This document shows, piece by piece, positions 9,298 through 19,040 of a DNA stretch of 57,853 nucleotides. Under the pieces are notes generated by a model. It worked only from the letters and a program-made list of their open reading frames with translations, did not search any database and was not told the DNA's origin. How positions within the stretch are numbered: position 1 is the first letter of the stretch; each line of letters starts with the position of its first letter. Position numbers and translations under genes: made by a program. The stretch is from an uncultured Gammaproteobacteria bacterium (GTDB lineage Bacteria; Patescibacteriota; Microgenomatia; Daviesbacterales; UBA10151): positions 1-57,853 of the forward strand of contig CAYOSW010000006.1 in NCBI GenBank assembly GCA_964406775.1. Reading direction: 5' to 3'.

Positions 9298-9630
9298 TTA
9301 CTTTTTAGAACAGGAGATGCACAGAGTTGCAGTCGGCACAGCTTCAAGCCGTTCCGGTTCTATTTTCTTCCCGCAGTTTTCGCATTTGCCATAGCTTCCC
9401 GAGGATACTGACTGGAGAGAGTGCTTTATTTTAGCAAGCATATCGGTAAGGGTCTTTTTAACGGCAACTGTTCTTGTGTGGGTATCGGCAACCCAGGAGT
9501 CGGTTCCGGGCTCGGAGCTTTCCGCAATGTCCGAATTAACCGGATCATCCTGATCCAAAAGCTCTATTTCTTCCTCAACTTTTTTCTGTTGTTTAATCAG
9601 CTTATCTTTTATTTTTGTTAGAGTTGTCAT
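9298..9630 (-). CDS. dksA: DksA/TraR C4-type zinc finger protein
   Basis: SYGKCENCGKKI.PERLEAVPTATLCISC; DTDSW-like acidic tip. Confidence 0.88.
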   Translation of the reverse strand: MTTLTKIKDKLIKQQKKVEEEIELLDQDDPVNSDIAESSEPGTDSWVADTHTRTVAVKKTLTDMLAKIKHSLQSVSSGSYGKCENCGKKIEPERLEAVPTATLCISCSKK

Positions 9631-9631
9631 G

Positions 9632-10555
9632 TTAAAACTTTTCAGGATTTGAGCGGATATTCAATAATTTAAAAATCCGCTTTTTAGCCTTTATCAGGCT
9701 TATCCTTAAATTAACCCAGTGATTATACCACCCCTTTGAGATTTTTGTCACGGCTTGACTTCGGGCTTTAGAATCCGAGAAAAGTTTGCCGAATGAGGCT
9801 AAATCCTTAAGAGGAGTCTTCTTATTCACCCTGTAATACATCCAGATCCCCGCAAACAAAACAACCAGCGGGAAGACCAGATCCAGGTTTAAATTAAATC
9901 CCGATACCCTCAAAACCGTATTCGGGGATTTGAAAAAAGCCGCAATCAGTTTAATACCCGATAAGATTATTATGCCCTTGGCGAATAAATCTCCCTGGAC
10001 GTGGAATCTTAAAATCGCTTTCCAGAAAACGAGAAAGCTTAGCAGAAAAGCCGCTGACTCAAATAGCTGTACAGGGATTCTTTTTCCGATCACCCCCACC
10101 TGATCAACTCCAAAAAACAGATTCGTCTCCGCACCGATTCCGCAACCGCCCAAAAGACACCCGATCTCGGCAACAAATGCACCAATGAAGAATCCCGTTA
10201 CCGCAAAATCACCCGATTGAAGGAAGGAAATTTTAAATCTTTTCGCAAGCCAGGATAAGACGAGTATTGCACCGATTAAACCTCCCCAAAATGAAAAACC
10301 CGGATAACGGTTCAGAAAAACTATTTTCGTTATGCTGTCAAAAACGTTTATGTTTATGAGCACGAAAAAAAGTCTGGAGAAAATAAAACCGGCTCCGACG
10401 GTAAGAAAGATAACATCCAGGATTTTTTCGGCATCAAGGTCGTATCCCCGGCCGATCCGCCAGACGGTAAATCCCCCCAAAAAAATCCCCAGAGCGAGTA
10501 ATAAACCGAAAGACGAAACCGGGAAACTGCCGATACTCAATAAAACCGGATACAT
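9632..10555 (-). CDS. lgt: Prolipoprotein diacylglyceryl transferase-like membrane protein (start moved to MYPVLL)
   Basis: MYPVL N-terminus, GFSFWGGLIG, IPVQLFES; TG-g-TATATT-8-ATG supports the 10555 start. Confidence 0.75.
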   Translation of the reverse strand: MYPVLLSIGSFPVSSFGLLLALGIFLGGFTVWRIGRGYDLDAEKILDVIFLTVGAGFIFSRLFFVLININVFDSITKIVFLNRYPGFSFWGGLIGAILVLSWLAKRFKISFLQSGDFAVTGFFIGAFVAEIGCLLGGCGIGAETNLFFGVDQVGVIGKRIPVQLFESAAFLLSFLVFWKAILRFHVQGDLFAKGIIILSGIKLIAAFFKSPNTVLRVSGFNLNLDLVFPLVVLFAGIWMYYRVNKKTPLKDLASFGKLFSDSKARSQAVTKISKGWYNHWVNLRISLIKAKKRIFKLLNIRSNPEKF

Positions 10556-10632
10556 TTGCAGATAATATACCATTTCAGGAGGTCTGTTTGCTAATTATTG
10601 ACACCTGTTGCTATACTGGGGAGACTAACTAT

Positions 10633-11079
10633 ATGACTGCTACCGCACACGCATTAGTAGGAGGCGCCATCGCCTACTCTGTTCACGATCCGGTTTTAGG
10701 CATCAGCCTATCTCTTCTTTCCCACCCCATACTTGATTTCATCCCTCATTGGGATTTCGGCTGGGGCTGGAGAAAAAAAACTAAACTTAAGCTTTTTTGT
10801 GAGGCAAGCCTTGATTTAAGTCTGGGCGTTCTTCTTTCTTATGCAATGTTCGGGCAATATATGAACCTAACTTATTTTCTGGCTTGTGTCGGTGCATCTC
10901 TGCTTTGGGATTTTATGGAAATACCTTATTGGTTTTTCAACTGGAGGTTTTTCCCCTTCTCTACTCTTCATTCCATCCAGCACCATATTCAGGGAAAAGC
11001 CCGTTTGCCTTGGGGAGTTTTAACTCAGGTTGCAACAGTCGGAGTGGTACTTATTATCCTGAACAGCTTCAGTTTCTAA
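10633..11079 (+). CDS. Conserved membrane protein with His/Asp motifs (YdjM/metal-dependent hydrolase-like)
   Basis: MTATAHAL..SHPILDFIPHWD; GGGGAG RBS before the ATG at 10633. Confidence 0.7.
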   Translation: MTATAHALVGGAIAYSVHDPVLGISLSLLSHPILDFIPHWDFGWGWRKKTKLKLFCEASLDLSLGVLLSYAMFGQYMNLTYFLACVGASLLWDFMEIPYWFFNWRFFPFSTLHSIQHHIQGKARLPWGVLTQVATVGVVLIILNSFSF

Positions 11080-11088
11080 TTAAGAGGA

Positions 11089-11988
11089 CTAATTCTTCTG
11101 ATCCATTACCAGATTTTCGAGGTAATTTTTAAAATCGTCGCCGATGTCTTCGTGCTTTAATCCGTACTCAACTATTGTCTTCAGATATTCCAATTTATTT
11201 CCGGTATCGCGGTAAATGGCATTTTTAATTTCAACTGCGTGCACTGGTATCCCCTGATCGATTAAATCCTGAACCCCGAAGGTATAGACAAGTTCCTGTC
11301 CGTCTTCCAAAGTTTTTTCCGCCCGCTCCAGAGGTTCGTAAATATCGGGTGTAAAAATATACCCTGACATAACCGCATTGTCAGACGGCGAGGCAGCCGA
11401 ACTTCCGGGTTTTTCAACAATACTTTTAACGCGGATTACACCATTTTCAACTTCGTCTCCGCCTACAAATCCGTATTTTTTATAGTCGCCTTCGGATTTA
11501 GCTTTACCGGCGGCCAGTATTGTTGAACCGTATTTTTCGTAAGCTTCAATAAGCTGTTTTGCCCGGCTGGGTTCGGCATCAATAAAATCATCGCCGAAGA
11601 AAAGCATAAACGGATCATTCCCCATAATATGCTTGACGTTTAAGATCGGTGTCGCATTTCCCTGGGGTCCTTTTTGGCGGATATAAACAAATTCCGCGAG
11701 GTCGGAAATTTTTCTTACCATTTCGAGGGCCTCGGTTTTTCCTCCGCTTAACAGTTTTTCTTCAAGTTCAAAATTATTATCAAAATGATCCTCAATCGAG
11801 CGCTTATTCCAACCCGTTACGATCACGATTGTTTCTATTCCTGCATCGACCAACTCTTCAACAACTCTTTGGATAATCGGTTTATCAACCAAAGGCATCA
11901 TCTCTTTCGGCATTGCCTTGGTTTGAGGTAAGAATCTGGTTCCGAACCCTGCTGCAGGAATTAATGCTTTAGTAATCTTTTTGCCCAT
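11089..11988 (-). CDS. galU: UTP-glucose-1-phosphate uridylyltransferase
   Basis: KALIPAAGFGTRFLPQTKAMPKEM; VEKP; RDTGNKLEY. Confidence 0.93.
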   Translation of the reverse strand: MGKKITKALIPAAGFGTRFLPQTKAMPKEMMPLVDKPIIQRVVEELVDAGIETIVIVTGWNKRSIEDHFDNNFELEEKLLSGGKTEALEMVRKISDLAEFVYIRQKGPQGNATPILNVKHIMGNDPFMLFFGDDFIDAEPSRAKQLIEAYEKYGSTILAAGKAKSEGDYKKYGFVGGDEVENGVIRVKSIVEKPGSSAASPSDNAVMSGYIFTPDIYEPLERAEKTLEDGQELVYTFGVQDLIDQGIPVHAVEIKNAIYRDTGNKLEYLKTIVEYGLKHEDIGDDFKNYLENLVMDQKN

Positions 11989-11996
11989 ATCTTATT

Positions 11997-12203
11997 TTAA
12001 AACCTTACGGAATTCCTTTCAATTCCTCTCGGGTTTCTGAATGCTCCGTCTATAGACTGAAGTCTTGTTGTTAATATGCGATGAGTTCTTTCCGGATCAT
12101 CTGAGTGCAGGGGTACCATATATGCCAAAGCTCTTTTTATAAAACCCGGGAGCATCCTGCTTCCATTTCTTTTTTGGGGTTCGCTTCTTATCGGTTCTAT
12201 CAT
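11997..12203 (-). CDS. Small hypothetical protein
   Basis: ORF fits the gap between efp and galU; TTGATT-17-TAATCT upstream. Confidence 0.5.
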   Translation of the reverse strand: MIEPIRSEPQKRNGSRMLPGFIKRALAYMVPLHSDDPERTHRILTTRLQSIDGAFRNPRGIERNSVRF

Positions 12204-12251
12204 TTGCAGTTCTTTTACAAGATTACTTTATAGAAATTCTTTAATCAAGAT

Positions 12252-12818
12252 CTATTTCACACGTTCAACGTAAGCACCTGTTCTTGTATCAACTTTTACT
12301 TTATCACCGTTATGCATAAACATCGGGACTTTAACGACCAGTCCGTTTGCGAGCGTTGCTTCTTTATAGACATTGGACACGGTATTTCCCTTTTCCTCAG
12401 GTCCGGTGTCGGTAATTTCGTAGATCAGATTATTCGGAAGCTCTATCCCTAATGCTTCGTCTCCCGAAACAAGCAGAGAAACTTCCAGTCCTTCGTATAA
12501 AAATTTGGCGTTATCCCCTAAAACTTTTTCGGAAATCGTAAATTGCTCAAAGGATACAGGATCCATAAAATTATACGTATCCCCCTCTATATATAAGAAT
12601 TGGGTTTTCTTCTTTTCAACGTCCCCTTCTTCAACCCTTGCACCGGTGATGAAGGCCTTCTCCGTTATCGCACCTGAGCGGAGATTTTTAGCTTTTACTT
12701 TTATAGTGCCCGAACCCCGGCCCATTTTGATGTGTTCGTAGGTTATAACCTGCCAAAGATTCCCGTCTTCAACAAAGACAATTCCTGCGCGTAATTCTGA
12801 TGCGTTAAGTTGTGCCAT
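12252..12818 (-). CDS. efp: Translation elongation factor P
   Basis: ELRAG, HIKMGRG tip loop, DTRTGAYVERV. Confidence 0.96.
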   Translation of the reverse strand: MAQLNASELRAGIVFVEDGNLWQVITYEHIKMGRGSGTIKVKAKNLRSGAITEKAFITGARVEEGDVEKKKTQFLYIEGDTYNFMDPVSFEQFTISEKVLGDNAKFLYEGLEVSLLVSGDEALGIELPNNLIYEITDTGPEEKGNTVSNVYKEATLANGLVVKVPMFMHNGDKVKVDTRTGAYVERVK

Positions 12819-12819
12819 A

Positions 12820-14274
12820 TTAGGAAACTAATTCTACTAAAGTTTTAACTCCAACTCCAGTAGCTCCTCCTCCGCGGTATGGTTTCGGCTTCATATCCCA
12901 GGCTGTTCCTGCAATATCCAGATGAACCCAATCCGTTCCTTCTTCAATACCGGCTTCAATAAATTTCGCGCCTGTTGTCGACCCTGCCGCGCTTCTGTGC
13001 GATCCTCCGTGACCTAAATTGGCAATATCGGCCATATCGGATTTAATCATTTCGTTAAACTCCTCGTGCATCGGCATCTCCCACATCTTATCCCCGAATT
13101 TTTCTGCTGTATCAATTAATTTCCTACTGAATTCCCGGTTATTTCCGAAAACTCCCGTTATGTGATCACCTAAAGCTACGATGATTGCACCCGTAAGGGT
13201 CGCCAGATCGATAATTTTTTTGGCTTTGAAATCTTTTTGGGCGTAAGAGACCGCATCAATCAAAACGAGTCTGCCTTCTGCATCGGTGTCCAAAATTTCT
13301 GCAAATTTACCGCTGTAAGTTTTAACGATATCTCCGGGCCTTTGGGCTTTTCCGCCGGGAAAATTCTCCGTAACCGCCATAACAGCAACGACGTTAGCTT
13401 TCAGGTTAAGTTTTGAGACAACGGCAATTGCATTCATAACCGCCGCCGCGCCCGACATATCGTATTTCATCTCGTGCATCGAAGAAGAGGGCTTAATCGA
13501 AAGTCCTCCGGTGTCAAAAGTGATGCCTTTTCCGACAAATCCCCATTTTTCTTTATTTTTAATATCGCCCGTATATTCCAATGCGATCATAAAAGAGGGC
13601 TCTTCGGATCCCTGGGCGACGCCCGTAAAAGCTCCCATCCCTTTTCTTTTAGCCTGTTTTTCATCAAGAATGGTAATTTTTAATTTGTTCTCTTTTGCGA
13701 TCCTTTTTGCTTCGTTCAGGAAGTAAGTAGGCGTCATAATATTGGCGGGTAAATCCCCGAGTTTGCGGGTTAAATTAACGCTTTCTGCAACAATTTGTCC
13801 TTTTTTCAAACCTTCCTGCAACCCCCTTTCGGTTCTGTCTACCAGAAGCTCGACCGTTCCGAGAGTTACGGGCTCGTGTTTGGATTTAAATTCTTTTGTC
13901 GGATCATAGGAGGCAATTTCAATTCCTAGGCTCGCTGCGTAGGTTTTATCCTGCTCATCGAGTTTTATATCTTTAGGTAAAACAAAACTCAAAGATTTAG
14001 CCTTCCGTAACAATTTCCTGACAACACTTCCTGCTAAATTCTGCAAAGTAATAAATTCAAATTTTTCCTTTTTACCGGCACCGACGAGTAATATTTTTGT
14101 GCCTGCAGAATACAGAAGCTGGGATTCAAATAATTTGCCGAATTTAGGATTATCCGCTAAAAAGTTTTTAACCAGCGCAACCCCGTAATCTTCAGACGAA
14201 TTTTCAAAAACCGGGAGGACAAGAAAGCCTTCTTTTATCTCCGATAAGGGCTTTATGGCGATCTGAATTTTCAT
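12820..14274 (-). CDS. pepA: Leucyl aminopeptidase (M17)
   Basis: GKGITFDTGG, MKYDMSGAA, TDAEGRL, DLATLTGA, HLDIAG. Confidence 0.96.
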   Translation of the reverse strand: MKIQIAIKPLSEIKEGFLVLPVFENSSEDYGVALVKNFLADNPKFGKLFESQLLYSAGTKILLVGAGKKEKFEFITLQNLAGSVVRKLLRKAKSLSFVLPKDIKLDEQDKTYAASLGIEIASYDPTKEFKSKHEPVTLGTVELLVDRTERGLQEGLKKGQIVAESVNLTRKLGDLPANIMTPTYFLNEAKRIAKENKLKITILDEKQAKRKGMGAFTGVAQGSEEPSFMIALEYTGDIKNKEKWGFVGKGITFDTGGLSIKPSSSMHEMKYDMSGAAAVMNAIAVVSKLNLKANVVAVMAVTENFPGGKAQRPGDIVKTYSGKFAEILDTDAEGRLVLIDAVSYAQKDFKAKKIIDLATLTGAIIVALGDHITGVFGNNREFSRKLIDTAEKFGDKMWEMPMHEEFNEMIKSDMADIANLGHGGSHRSAAGSTTGAKFIEAGIEEGTDWVHLDIAGTAWDMKPKPYRGGGATGVGVKTLVELVS

Positions 14275-14282
14275 AACAAGTA

Positions 14283-14311
14283 AATATAGCCTGAGCCTCT
14301 ATGTTTGTCAA
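14283..14311 (-). promoter_or_regulatory. Sigma70 promoter for pepA-efp
   Basis: TTGACA-17-TATATT-8-ATG. Confidence 0.75.
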
Positions 14312-14340
14312 TGGATCCTACCTTTAAGCAAGAGATTCCT

Positions 14341-14547
14341 GAAATTGCGCAGCAATTTCAAAAGGAGGAGTAGCGACGAGTTTGATTTGCAAAGCAAACA
14401 AACTCTAAACCAGTCTCTAACGCGTGGCGAAGGAGAGACAACACACCCTTTGCTCCGCAAAGGCGAACTAAATCGGAGATTTTGATCGATTCTTATTCCT
14501 GTGACAAAACTTTTCAAAATCGGCTGAAGCCAATCCCGAAAAGTTTG
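14341..14547. repeat. Cluster of palindromic hairpins downstream of tRNA-Leu, three with a TTGC-NNN-GCAA core
   Basis: 14341-14359, 14378-14405 and 14447-14463 share the core; further stems at 14413-14439 and 14505-14547. Confidence 0.7.
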
Positions 14548-14630
14548 TGCCGAAGGAGAGACTCGAACTCTCAAGGCCTTGCGACCAATAGTTTTTGAGA
14601 CTATCGCGTATACCATTCCGCCACTTCGGC
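14548..14630 (-). tRNA. tRNA-Leu (CAA), CCA not encoded
   Basis: GCCGAAG acceptor, GGAATGGTATAC D arm, ATAGT-CTCAAAA-ACTAT anticodon arm, long variable arm, GTTCGAGTC T loop; TG-g-TATAAT promoter at 14645-14650. Confidence 0.97.
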
Positions 14631-14809
14631 AAAAGACTTTTTGAATTATACCAAGCTTATTTTATCTTTGCGAGCGTCACAAAACTTCCGTTTGACTCTC
14701 CCCCCTTTTTTCTGCTACGTTTTTCCTGAAAGGAAAAAGGCAAGCTTCTTCGAGCGCGAAGTATAATTTCTTTATTGAAGCGCGAGAAGGTGCTTACAAA
14801 TTCTTACAT

Positions 14810-15364
14810 ATGATTTTAATCGGACTTGTCGGAGAAAAAGGCTCGGGTAAAGATACCTTCACAAAATTCCTTCAGGCAATATCCAACAAAAAAATCGAAC
14901 ACATTCGTTTCTCCGATTTGCTTAAAGAGACATTGGAAATCTGGAATCTTCCCTTAACGCGTGCCAATCTGCAAAAATTAGCTCAGATTCTGGAGGAAGG
15001 ATTTGGACCGGGTACTGTGGCTCACGGTTTAGAGCAAAAAATTAAAGCTACAAGCGCCGAAATAATTATTCTGGACGGGATCCGCTGGAAGCCAGATGAA
15101 GAACTTCTGGAAAAATTCCCCGATCATCTCCTTGTTTACATAACAGCAAACCCCGAGCTCAGGTTTAAAAGGTTAAAATCACGCGGGGAAAAAGACGGCG
15201 AATCGGAAATGACATATGAACAATTCGCGGAGGAAGAAAAAGCCCCTAACGAATTGCTTATAGGTAAAATCGGAGCCAAAGCCGGAGTAAAAATAACCAA
15301 TGACGGAACGATTGAGGATTTTGAGAAAAAGATAAAAGAATTTTTTGATTCTAAACTTTTATAG
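14810..15364 (+). CDS. P-loop nucleotide kinase (dephospho-CoA/adenylate kinase-like)
   Basis: GEKGSGKDT Walker A, IILDGIR, RFKRLKSR, ITNDG. Confidence 0.85.
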   Translation: MILIGLVGEKGSGKDTFTKFLQAISNKKIEHIRFSDLLKETLEIWNLPLTRANLQKLAQILEEGFGPGTVAHGLEQKIKATSAEIIILDGIRWKPDEELLEKFPDHLLVYITANPELRFKRLKSRGEKDGESEMTYEQFAEEEKAPNELLIGKIGAKAGVKITNDGTIEDFEKKIKEFFDSKLL

Positions 15365-16277
15365 AACCCATCGCTTTTTTACTTTTTAAGAAGAAGAATC
15401 CGACCGTCCCTACAGTTACAATCGGCGACACCCATTCCGGAATTTCATAGTGAAAAGCGTGGAGAATCATAATAAGACCGAGGAAAAAGACCGAATACAT
15501 TGCGCCGTTTTTTAAATATGCGTATTGTTTAATTCTGTCAATATTCCTTATCGTAAGTTCGCGCACGACGAATGCGCCGATTCCGTTACCTACTAATATA
15601 AGCGGAACGGATAAGGTAAATGCGAAAGCTCCCAAAACTCCGTCTATCGAGAATGTTCCGTCTATCGCTTCTAGATATAAAATCTTGCTCCAATCGGAAG
15701 CTGAGGTTTTGCTTTTTAATAGTTCCTGCTCCGCTTTGGCAGCATTTTCTTTAAATCCGTGAGTAATAAAAAACACCGTAGAACCGATCACCGCGCCGAA
15801 GGCCATTAAGGGATTTTCCTGCAGTCCGAACCAGACCACAGCCGCCAGTATTATCGAAACAACAGCATAAAACCATACGCCCTGACTATAGATAAACCTT
15901 TCGCCCCGCAGACCGAAGTTTTTAGGCTCGAGAAAAAGCCAGTGGAAGAAAATAAACACCATAAAAATTCCTCCTCCGGCCAAAAGAATCGGTGTCGTAC
16001 TTTTGATGGCCTCAAGTACGTGAGGGTCATTTGAAAAAGTTGCAGTTATCGCACCGACCGGACCTAAAGAGGGATTAACTCCCCAAACAATAAGAAAAGG
16101 CAATAAGCCGCGGAGAGCGAACACCGCCACCAAAAGTCCCCAGGTTAAAAACCATTTCTTGGCCTTCTCGCTCATTGTGGTGAGCACTTCGGCGTTGATG
16201 ATGGCGTTATCTATCGATGTAATTGTTTCAAAAAGTGCGAGCCCCGCGACGATGAGAATAATTGAGACTAAATCCAT
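15351..16277 (-). CDS. DUF475 / TerC-like membrane protein
   Basis: FETITSIDNAIINA, LYLEAIDGTFSIDGVLGAFA, YLKNGAMYS. Confidence 0.88.
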   Translation of the reverse strand: MDLVSIILIVAGLALFETITSIDNAIINAEVLTTMSEKAKKWFLTWGLLVAVFALRGLLPFLIVWGVNPSLGPVGAITATFSNDPHVLEAIKSTTPILLAGGGIFMVFIFFHWLFLEPKNFGLRGERFIYSQGVWFYAVVSIILAAVVWFGLQENPLMAFGAVIGSTVFFITHGFKENAAKAEQELLKSKTSASDWSKILYLEAIDGTFSIDGVLGAFAFTLSVPLILVGNGIGAFVVRELTIRNIDRIKQYAYLKNGAMYSVFFLGLIMILHAFHYEIPEWVSPIVTVGTVGFFFLKSKKAMGSIKV

Positions 16278-16867
16278 TAAAGCTTACTGATTACCTCCTT
16301 CCAAGATTTTACCCTAACCACATTGTCCGGTAAACTGCCGGTTTGGTTCCAGGGCGCATCCATCAGAAAAACTTTAATTCCGTTTTCCGCACAATCCAAA
16401 GCATTTTCAATATAATCATCAATTAATATTTCAGCTCCAATCGACTTACAAATTTCCGATTTTTTAAGAGAGGGCATACCTGCATCCCTGTGGGTAAAAT
16501 ATACCGGAAATTCCAAATCTTTAAAATATTTCTTAAGCCAATCCCTGGTTTCCTTTTCGAGTGTTTCCGGCCTGGCAGTTACAAAATGCGGGAAGTATCC
16601 CATTTCCAATAACTTTTTTATTCCTTCGACTGCTCCTTCTGCAGGCTCAACTCTCTCAAGAAGTTTCAAAGACCGGAATTCGGCAAGCCTTATCCCCATT
16701 TCTTTTTTATCGATATCAAAAGCTTCATAAAGATAGTAGCTTGAGACTTCATCTTTTTTCATCTCGGTTTTATACATCAGATTATGAAAATAAAGGAAAT
16801 AAGAAATAAAATCCGCAGTTACCTCATCAAAATCCACAGCGATAACTTTCCCTGAAGGTTTTTTCAT
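16277..16867 (-). CDS. 5'(3')-deoxyribonucleotidase-like HAD hydrolase
   Basis: IAVDFDEV, FVTAR, LIDDYIENA, DAPWN. Confidence 0.85.
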   Translation of the reverse strand: MKKPSGKVIAVDFDEVTADFISYFLYFHNLMYKTEMKKDEVSSYYLYEAFDIDKKEMGIRLAEFRSLKLLERVEPAEGAVEGIKKLLEMGYFPHFVTARPETLEKETRDWLKKYFKDLEFPVYFTHRDAGMPSLKKSEICKSIGAEILIDDYIENALDCAENGIKVFLMDAPWNQTGSLPDNVVRVKSWKEVISKL

Positions 16868-16885
16868 ACACGAAGTATATCAAAA

Positions 16886-18304
16886 CTAGGCGGCGGCGGG
16901 TGCGGATTTGGCAGGTACTTCTTTAGGAGGCTGGGAGACCCGCCGGGTTTTCTCCATACCGTAAAATTTAAGACGGTCTCCCCTAAAAATTAAATCAATC
17001 TCCCCCGTTGAACCGTTACGGTGTTTTTGGATGTCCAGTTTTACCGCCTCAAAATTATCCGCTTCCTCGCGGTAAATAAACATAACCACGTCCGCATCCT
17101 GCTCTATCGCTCCAGATTCACGCAAATCCGCAAGCTGAGGTTTTTTTACACCTCTTGATTCAACGGCCCTCGATAACTGGGAGAGTGCAAATACCGGAAT
17201 TTTAAGTTCACGGGCCAGGTTTTTTAAGCTTTGTGAGATTTCCGAAACTTCCTGGACACGGTTTTCCAGATTTCTTCCTTTAATAAGCTGAAGATAATCA
17301 ACTATTAGCAGCCTCAATCCGTGCTCCGCCTGAAGACGCCTGGCCTTGGTCCTCATCTCGGACATTGAGAGTCCGGGCGTATCGTCTATAAAAATCGGGG
17401 CTTCCGCAAGCTGTCCCATCGCGTGAGATAACCTATCAAAATCCTTATCATCAAGCCTGCCGGTTTTTAATTTCCAGGCGTCAATATCGGCCTGAGCTAC
17501 AAGCAATCTATCCACCAATTCCTCCTGACTCATTTCAAGGGAAAAAATTCCGACCGGAAGCCCCGCAACTACTGCCGCGTGCTGGGCAATATTTAAAGCA
17601 AAAGAAGTTTTACCCATACCCGGGCGCGCGGCGAAAATAATCAAGTTAGAATCCTGCATTCCGGCGAGTTTACTGTCCAGATCACGGAAACCCGTCGGAA
17701 CTCCGCGCAATTTTCCCGAAGTTTTTTGAAGCTCATCAAGTCTGTCAAAGCTTTGCGCCAGCGCGTCTTTTAAGTGGATAAAATCCCTTTTAACGTGCTG
17801 TTGGGAAATTGCAAAAACCGACTGTTCGGCCTCTTCTAAAACATTGGACACTTCGATCCCCTCGTCGTACGCCATATCGATAAATCTGGTTGAATTTGAA
17901 ATGAGCCTTCTTCTTACCGAATGCTCACGAATAATCCGGGCGTACGACTCAACGTGAGCGGCGGTCGGGACTTTATTAACCAGTTCCGCAAGATAAGCCG
18001 AACCCCCGGCTTTATCCAGACTCCCCGCCTGTCGGAGTTTTTCTGTAACTGTAACCAGATCAATCGGCTCCCGTTTTTCAAAAAGCTCGAGAATCGCCAT
18101 ATATATTGAGCCGTGCTGTTCCGATTTATAAAAGTCGTCAATATGCAAAAGTTCGGCAACCGCCACTATTGCATCTTTGTCTATCAGAAGCGCTCCGAGC
18201 AATGATTGTTCGGCATCGATATTTTGAGGCGGTAGTTTATTTATGACACTCGAAGTTTTCTTGTAAACTTGTGCCTCACGCGATGATTTGGAAGAAAAAG
18301 CCAT
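16886..18304 (-). CDS. dnaB: Replicative DNA helicase
   Basis: PPQNIDAEQSLLG, AARPGMGKT, VDYLQL, LSQLSR, DLRESGAIEQDAD; no intein. Confidence 0.97.
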   Translation of the reverse strand: MAFSSKSSREAQVYKKTSSVINKLPPQNIDAEQSLLGALLIDKDAIVAVAELLHIDDFYKSEQHGSIYMAILELFEKREPIDLVTVTEKLRQAGSLDKAGGSAYLAELVNKVPTAAHVESYARIIREHSVRRRLISNSTRFIDMAYDEGIEVSNVLEEAEQSVFAISQQHVKRDFIHLKDALAQSFDRLDELQKTSGKLRGVPTGFRDLDSKLAGMQDSNLIIFAARPGMGKTSFALNIAQHAAVVAGLPVGIFSLEMSQEELVDRLLVAQADIDAWKLKTGRLDDKDFDRLSHAMGQLAEAPIFIDDTPGLSMSEMRTKARRLQAEHGLRLLIVDYLQLIKGRNLENRVQEVSEISQSLKNLARELKIPVFALSQLSRAVESRGVKKPQLADLRESGAIEQDADVVMFIYREEADNFEAVKLDIQKHRNGSTGEIDLIFRGDRLKFYGMEKTRRVSQPPKEVPAKSAPAAA

Positions 18305-18336
18305 AAATAAATCCTGTGCTTGCTCGGTGTTGAGTA

Positions 18337-18978
18337 TTACACCTTATTTAATACCACAACCTGCAGTTCGTCTGGAAGCTTGTCGCGGGTTACGGACAAT
18401 TTAGGCAGGGGCTCGGTTGATTCAAAGCCCATCTCTTTTAAGAAATTTTCGAGGGGGTCAAGCTCAAATTTCAACCCGGGCAATTGATAGTGCATAGGAA
18501 TTACGATCTTCGGCTCAAGTTGGGAAACAATATCTGAGGCAGTCTTACTGTCGATTGTATAAATCCCTCCAACCGGTACCAGTAAAATATCCGTTGATCC
18601 GATTTCATCAACCTGCTCTTCAGTCAACTTATCACCTAAATCACCGAGATGAACAATGTTTAATCCGTCAACTGAAATGTTATATACCGTATTTTTCCCC
18701 CTCTGCTCGCCTTTTTCTTTATCGTGGTAAGTAGAGACTCCGGTTATACTCACTCCCCCGACCTCATATTCACCGGGTCCCGTTACCAAAAGTTCGGCTC
18801 CCGTAATAACTCCCAGATTATTGTGGTCGTCGTGATTGTGGGTTGAAATTCCGACTATTGCCGATAAGTCTTTCGGTAATTTAAGCCCGGTAAAATCTTC
18901 CTTGTACGGATCAATTACAACCGAAGCGGTCTTGCCTTTTAATTTAAAACAAGCTTGTCCGTAGAAATAAATATCCAT
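18337..18978 (-). CDS. MBL-fold hydrolase (Lactamase_B_3 type); start moved to MDIYF
   Basis: GQACF, STHNHDDH, HLGDLG, IPMHY. Confidence 0.88.
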   Translation of the reverse strand: MDIYFYGQACFKLKGKTASVVIDPYKEDFTGLKLPKDLSAIVGISTHNHDDHNNLGVITGAELLVTGPGEYEVGGVSITGVSTYHDKEKGEQRGKNTVYNISVDGLNIVHLGDLGDKLTEEQVDEIGSTDILLVPVGGIYTIDSKTASDIVSQLEPKIVIPMHYQLPGLKFELDPLENFLKEMGFESTEPLPKLSVTRDKLPDELQVVVLNKV

Positions 18979-19040
18979 TGAGGCATTAATATAGCACAAG
19001 ACTTGAAAGAGCATCAAGTAATGCTAATATATACGGACTG

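Noticed and set aside
12820-14274. PepA DTDAEGRL instead of NTDAEGRL as a sign of inactivation
   Set aside because: The metal ligands and catalytic Lys/Arg motifs are present; conservative change.
16886-18304. Intein in dnaB
   Set aside because: Normal length with continuous motifs.
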